The position numbers and the translations under genes are program-made. A DNA stretch of 56,301 bases, the filler included, from Bipalium vagum (taxonomy: Eukaryota): NCBI GenBank assembly GCA_037834085.1. It is 3 parts of 3 records of this genome, joined end to end, with 100 filler letters (N's around TTAATTAATTAA, not from the genome) between each part and the next. Parts side by side here need not be neighbours in the genome. Positions count along the whole stretch, not along the records: positions 34,796 to 56,301 come from JBBMKC010236250.1; 2 more parts are not named here. One strand, 5' to 3'. Each line of letters begins with the position of its first letter. Position 1 is the stretch's first letter. Below, one piece after another: positions 51,401 through 56,301 of the stretch. Under the pieces are notes generated by a model, which made no database searches, was not told the origin of the DNA, and saw only the letters and a program-made list of their open reading frames with translations.

Positions 51401-51915
51401 ATGTAACTGAAGGAATGGTTAGAAAATGGATTGCGGATAGGGATATCCTCGAGGGTATGCTAGCAACAAAAAGAGCCCGGCGTTACAAAAGGTCAAGTGT
51501 GAACGAAATTGAGGATGACATTTACAACTGGCTTGCGCAAAAGAGAAACCACATTAGACCAGTGAAAACAAATGATATACGAACCAGAGCAAAGAAGTTT
51601 GCAGAAGAGCACGGTTACCACAAATTTAATGCATCTTCGCGTTGGTGCAGTTATTCATGGTACGAAAAAAATTGTCAGTGTGAAGAAGAACAAGTGTTGG
51701 ACAATCACTGCCATGTGATCATCAGCAAAAATGTTTTTCTTTCCGGAAGTTTGTCGAAGCTGAAGCTTTAAACATTTATTCTCACAACCTAGGGAATATC
51801 GACGAAGTTCCTGTTCCCTTTGATGTCTTGTATGAACGGACTGTGGATGTTAAGGGGCGAGACAATATAAAAATTAATTTCACTGATCATGAGAAATCAA
51901 ACTTTACAGTTGTGT
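51396..51915 (+). mobile_element. pogo-family (POGK-like) transposase fragment
   Basis: FNVTEGMVRKW HTH, CENP-B-type HTH (IYNWL..FNASSRWC), then GNIDEVPVPFD..TVDVKG..HEKSNFTVV. Confidence 0.85.
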
Positions 51916-52500
51916 GACGTTAGAGTTAGATTGAAACGTTCATGATAATGTTAAATTAAAGGTTAAGGGTTTAAGTAATAACAGAAATATTAAAATTAAA
52001 ACGACAAAATTTACGGAAAACAACAATAGGCTCACCACTACGTAAGAGACAAAAGACTCTGCATCGTCAGCCAAAACAAACGGTTCGCTCAGAGATAGCC
52101 GAGCTCATATTGGAAAAAAGAGAAAAAATGCCTCGTAAAATATTTCTTTCACAATATCTCCGATTAGTTGTTTTTCCTCTTGTAATAGATTAACAAACCA
52201 ATCTCAGGCTACATTTTTGACGTTTTATCAACCTGAATAGCAATCCCTGACAATCAGTTTATCCAATTATTATTTTTATTGTCGAACCCTTTTTGTATCT
52301 CTTGAACATAACATCTTCAGGAAACTCAATACATTTGAAAGAGATAGACACTGAAATTCATCGAATTGCTCCGAGCGTTAAATGGTTTAGACGTATTAAC
52401 ATGAATGATTTCAGAATCCATGACAGACCCACTCAGATCAACCATCTAGATAGACCAACGAATTATTAAAGAGAATCCCTTAATGCATGTTTACCAATAT
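51916..52500 (-). mobile_element. Possible retrotransposon gag-like remnant
   Basis: Interrupts the pogo frame abruptly. Minus-strand VA*DWFVNL...IVKEIFYEAF resembles a retrotransposon gag motif. Confidence 0.3.
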
Positions 52501-53046
52501 AATGAACTTTCAATAAATAATAAAAGTAAATAAATAAAAAAAATTAGCAGATGTTACCTGTTCCTAAAAAAAATTCTCAATTAAATTGATTTTTGGATTT
52601 TAAGAATTCACAAATTACCTTGATGAAAAATATGGTAAATTTGATAATTTGTAGCTCTTAATAACTTGGTGTAGAAATTATTTTTCAAATCTTAATATTT
52701 ATAATTTTAGATCTAAATTGATTAATATTAATTGAAAAAAAATAAGAAAAAAACAATTTAGATATAAAATAAAGATATAAATTTATAGATAATTAGATTA
52801 AATCAATTAAATTACTCAGAATTTTTGAGTTTAATATATTTTCCACCGAAAATGCGACTTTTTCAAAAATTTTCATGCTTTCCAGAGCATAAGAATTATA
52901 AAATAATCATAAAAAATTAATTATACATAAAATCAAGTAAATCTACTTGGTTTAAGTTAAGAATATTTTTAAAATTATTAAAATTCGAAAATGCATAGTA
53001 ACATATGTTTTAAAGAATTAAGTAAATAAATTACTTTTAAAAATTC

Positions 53047-54123
53047 ATGACATCAATTCAAAAGGTTTTTCAACAAAGGAAGAAAACAGCAACAGAGTTA
53101 GAAAGTGAGCAATTTGAAAAGAATCAGGTAAGAATAAATAATTAAAATCATGTTTCAAAATACTTTTCAGAGTAATCATATTGCAAAAGCAATAAATTCA
53201 ATTGAAGGTGCTCCAAAAGAAAAGCATATAAGGGGTATAATTCTCGGAACCTTTCACTATGGTGGAGCTTCTTTATTTTTCAGACATACCAGTTTACATC
53301 AACTCCAAAGCAATCCAGTAGTGTGCTGGAAATATTTATATGTAGTTCATAAAATAATGAGAGATGGTCACGAGCAGGTTGAATATTACAATTATAATGA
53401 AACTATATAATAAAATATTGACAGGCATTGATAGACGTTATCAAAAACGAAAAAGTTACTCGCGAATTGGGTGACTTATGGGTAATAAAAATGTCCTATT
53501 TATTCGTAGACATTTCTATATTTTTAGGGTCATTTGAAGTCGAGTTACGGGGTAATTATTAGCACATTCTGTGCACTGTTATGTCAGAAAAACCGTTTCC
53601 ACAAAAAGGTAAGCTCATTTGTCCTTGTACCTCAAAAAATATCTGACGTGTAATCAATGCAGTACAGAAAAGTTCCGGGCAACTTAATAATGACCAATGA
53701 TGAAACATTTATATTTCACAAGAACATCGACAGTTTGTTCGTTTATTATCCGTTGTCGTTTGCGATGTCATGACTATTGGGTTTAGGTTTGAGTTGTGTC
53801 TGGACATTTTGGACTATTTACAGGAACTAGTCTCATTTGAGAAGTCCGTGGTCGATAGTCTAGACAAATCGAAAAGCAACTCTATGACCCCACAAGGTCA
53901 GTGTCGCCTGACTCCATTGATCCAAGTGATTCAAGATATGGCTACATTGTATGACATATGCGTTCGAATTATGTTCAGACTGTATTCCAAATTGGATATC
54001 GATCTGTTGTCAGGTCATCGACAGCGGTTCCTCAAATTGTTCGAGGCCATTAAAACTTTTTTCAAACAGGCTCAAACTTTTCAATATTTTAAAACCCTCA
54101 TCCAGGTTCCTGCGTTACCGGAA
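53047..54123 (+). CDS. HIP1: Huntingtin-interacting protein 1 / HIP1R / Sla2 family, N-terminal ANTH domain (gene presumably continues beyond the window)
   Basis: Exons 53047-53127, 53171-53377, 53425-53481, 53528-53608, 53663-53736, 53787-54123. Peptides EQFEKNQ, KAINSIEGAPKEKHIRGIILGT, WKYLYVVHKIMRDGH, ELGDLWGHL, SMTPQGQCRLTPLIQVIQD, LQ-type QYFKTLIQVPALPE. Confidence 0.95.
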
Positions 54124-56139
54124 GTATGATTGATATATTGATTTTTTTTCAATAGTAATTTCAATTTTTAATGAATCTGATTGGTGGACTTTGTTGGGTA
54201 CATAAGTTTACTTCACTTTCAGTACTCGTTACAAATTACCTTTTTTCTAATATTTCCAATTTTGGTTGATTTCCGATTTTGGATTTCTTGATTTCTTGAT
54301 TTATTTTATTTTTAAGGTCACACTGTGCAATGTTGATTTTTAAAATTCTAATTTTAAAATAAAATCCTATTGGGACCCTATATGTACTCTTAATCGGTTT
54401 TTATAATGGAAATAGATAAAATGTAAATTTCTGAACAATTATAATTGATTTTCATTTGGGATCCGCTATTTTCAAGTGATATTTATTTATTTTCATTCGA
54501 ATATTGATATTTAAGAGTATATAATGATTGATTATATTGTTATCATTTGTGATAATCTCAAGAAAACTGAGTGGAGGGTGTTCTTCTTTATGTTGATAGG
54601 GCGAATTGATTATTTATTGATTTATTCGATATTTTAAAAATACTCTTATTTTTAACGTCATAACCCGACAGTTTCAACATATTTTATAATCGATTAAATT
54701 AGGTTGGGAATCCATATGATCTTATCGATTTTTCATAAATTTGTAAAACTGATCATGACAGATTTTAATTTGTGATTTGTTTATTTCAAGTGATATTTCT
54801 TTGGTCACAAATAGATATCGATTTTTGAAAGTGAAAACTAAAACATGTGATATTCCTCCAGAGCATAATATTTGGGAGATTTTCTTTTTATTACTGTAAT
54901 GAATTAATATTTTATTGATTTCCGAAAATCCACTACTTTTCTTCACAAAATTTTATCCATAATAAATCTCTCGGAACACATTCTCTTGCTATCAAATGGT
55001 TTTCATCTCACCCGAGAAGCCTGTCTCAGTTACCCAGGGGGTCCATTCAAAAATGTTTTGTTTTATTTTTTATATTTAAAAGTTAATTTGTATCATCGAT
55101 TTTTTCAAGCCTTATCAAACCGATGCGCATGGATATTAATGCGTGTTAATTCTTTAACAATCGATTGAATAATTATTGAATAATTTTTTTTACAAAAGTA
55201 CTCAATACCCCCATACAACAAATTAAATTTATCCATTGATTTAAAAATAATTATAATTTATTGATCGATTTCAGTTCTATCAAAATTAAATTTTGATTTT
55301 TTTACTTTTCACAATAAAAATGTTAGAGAAATTTTCAATTTTTCTTCCTACCGTAAAATAAATTGATTATTTTGATTATTGATTTAAATTCAACTGCAAC
55401 TGTAAATTCATCTGAAATATCACATTTGGCATTGGGGTCTCTGTTTTGAAACTTGTAATCGATTTGAAATGAAGATTATTAAGAGATTTAAAATAAATCC
55501 CAAATAAAATATTAATTAATTTTTCCTTTATATTTTTGTGTAATTTTTTGGGATTTATTTTTAATAAATGATATAAATACAATTTTAAATTTTGATTATA
55601 AAACTTCATGAGTTATAAAAACTTCAAAAAAATGATAGTATTTTGGTTCTTCAACTTAAATTCATCTGGTTATATTTAAGTATTATTCTTATGTTGAAAA
55701 CAAAAGGCTTGAATATCTCGAATAAAATATTCACAAATTTATCGATAAATTTTTCGTTTTTAGTTTTTAATTTATCTGAGCGAAATTTAATTAATTAAAT
55801 TTAAAGATATATTTTGATAGTAGAGAATAAAAATGTCACAATCGATATAATTTTTGGTACTTCATTTTTGATTCATGTAATTAATTTTAAATTTAACAAT
55901 AGATTTTAATTGAATTGAATATAACAAAAGAAAGGTACTTAGAACTATTTAACAATATTAATTCATTAAATGGAAAGACTTATTGATTTGAATACATTCT
56001 TATGTGTCCTAATCGTTTTTCTCCACATTCTTACAGCTATTATTTTAAATTGTTTTGTGAGTTCCGTGGGTTTTTAAAAAGCTTTTTTCTAGTCTCTGAA
56101 TCTATAAAGTTGGTTTGTACTCTTATCAGGATCGACATA

Positions 56140-56301
56140 CAGTGATGGTAAAAAGTCTTGCATCACCACAATAAAAGTACATATTTTAACATTTTGAACA
56201 ATTTTTGTACAATCTTGTATGAAGTTTTTAGCAAACATTACAAGGCTAGCACTTCTCATGATATATCAAAAGAAATAGATAATTTTTCCCCGATAAAAGT
56301 T
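56140..56301. mobile_element. Left end of a Tc1-like element continuing past the window
   Basis: TA|CAGTGATGGTAAAAAGTCTTGCATCACC, a typical Tc1 TIR start. Confidence 0.55.

Noticed and set aside
1-56301. tRNA, rRNA, snRNA, spliced-leader genes, U12 introns or an alternative genetic code
   Set aside because: None recognised by eye. All modelled introns are GT-AG and genes translate in the standard code. A covariance-model scan would be needed to exclude small RNAs.

Overview
Very AT-rich, intron-containing eukaryotic (animal) genomic DNA. Composition, minimal 43-70 nt introns and the repeat content suggest a planarian-like flatworm (inference only). Five recognisable host genes: a partial ZSWIM8/EBAX-1 orthologue (+, 7 exons, 1345-15404); the 5' half of a Goliath-family PA-TM-RING E3 ligase (-, 24838-16426); an intronless SLC16/MCT-like MFS transporter (+, 28781-30112); a complete compact 5-exon WNK kinase (-, 44758-41995, 699 aa); and the N-terminal ANTH region of HIP1/HIP1R (+, 53047-54123). 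There are also a few orphan exon-like ORFs. The rest is decayed mariner, Tc1 and pogo/Tigger DNA transposons, a young MITE, Ty3/Gypsy remnants with a nested 1.8 kb solo-LTR-like insertion, a Penelope-like remnant carrying a minimal hammerhead-ribozyme motif, microsatellites and three assembly gaps, two of them with an artificial six-frame-stop linker. The most interesting signal is the WNK: it naturally has DFG instead of the chloride-sensing DLG motif, the same L-to-F change used to engineer chloride-insensitive WNKs, and it lacks the long C-terminal tail and RFxV motifs. I see no evidence for a wholly new multi-gene system.
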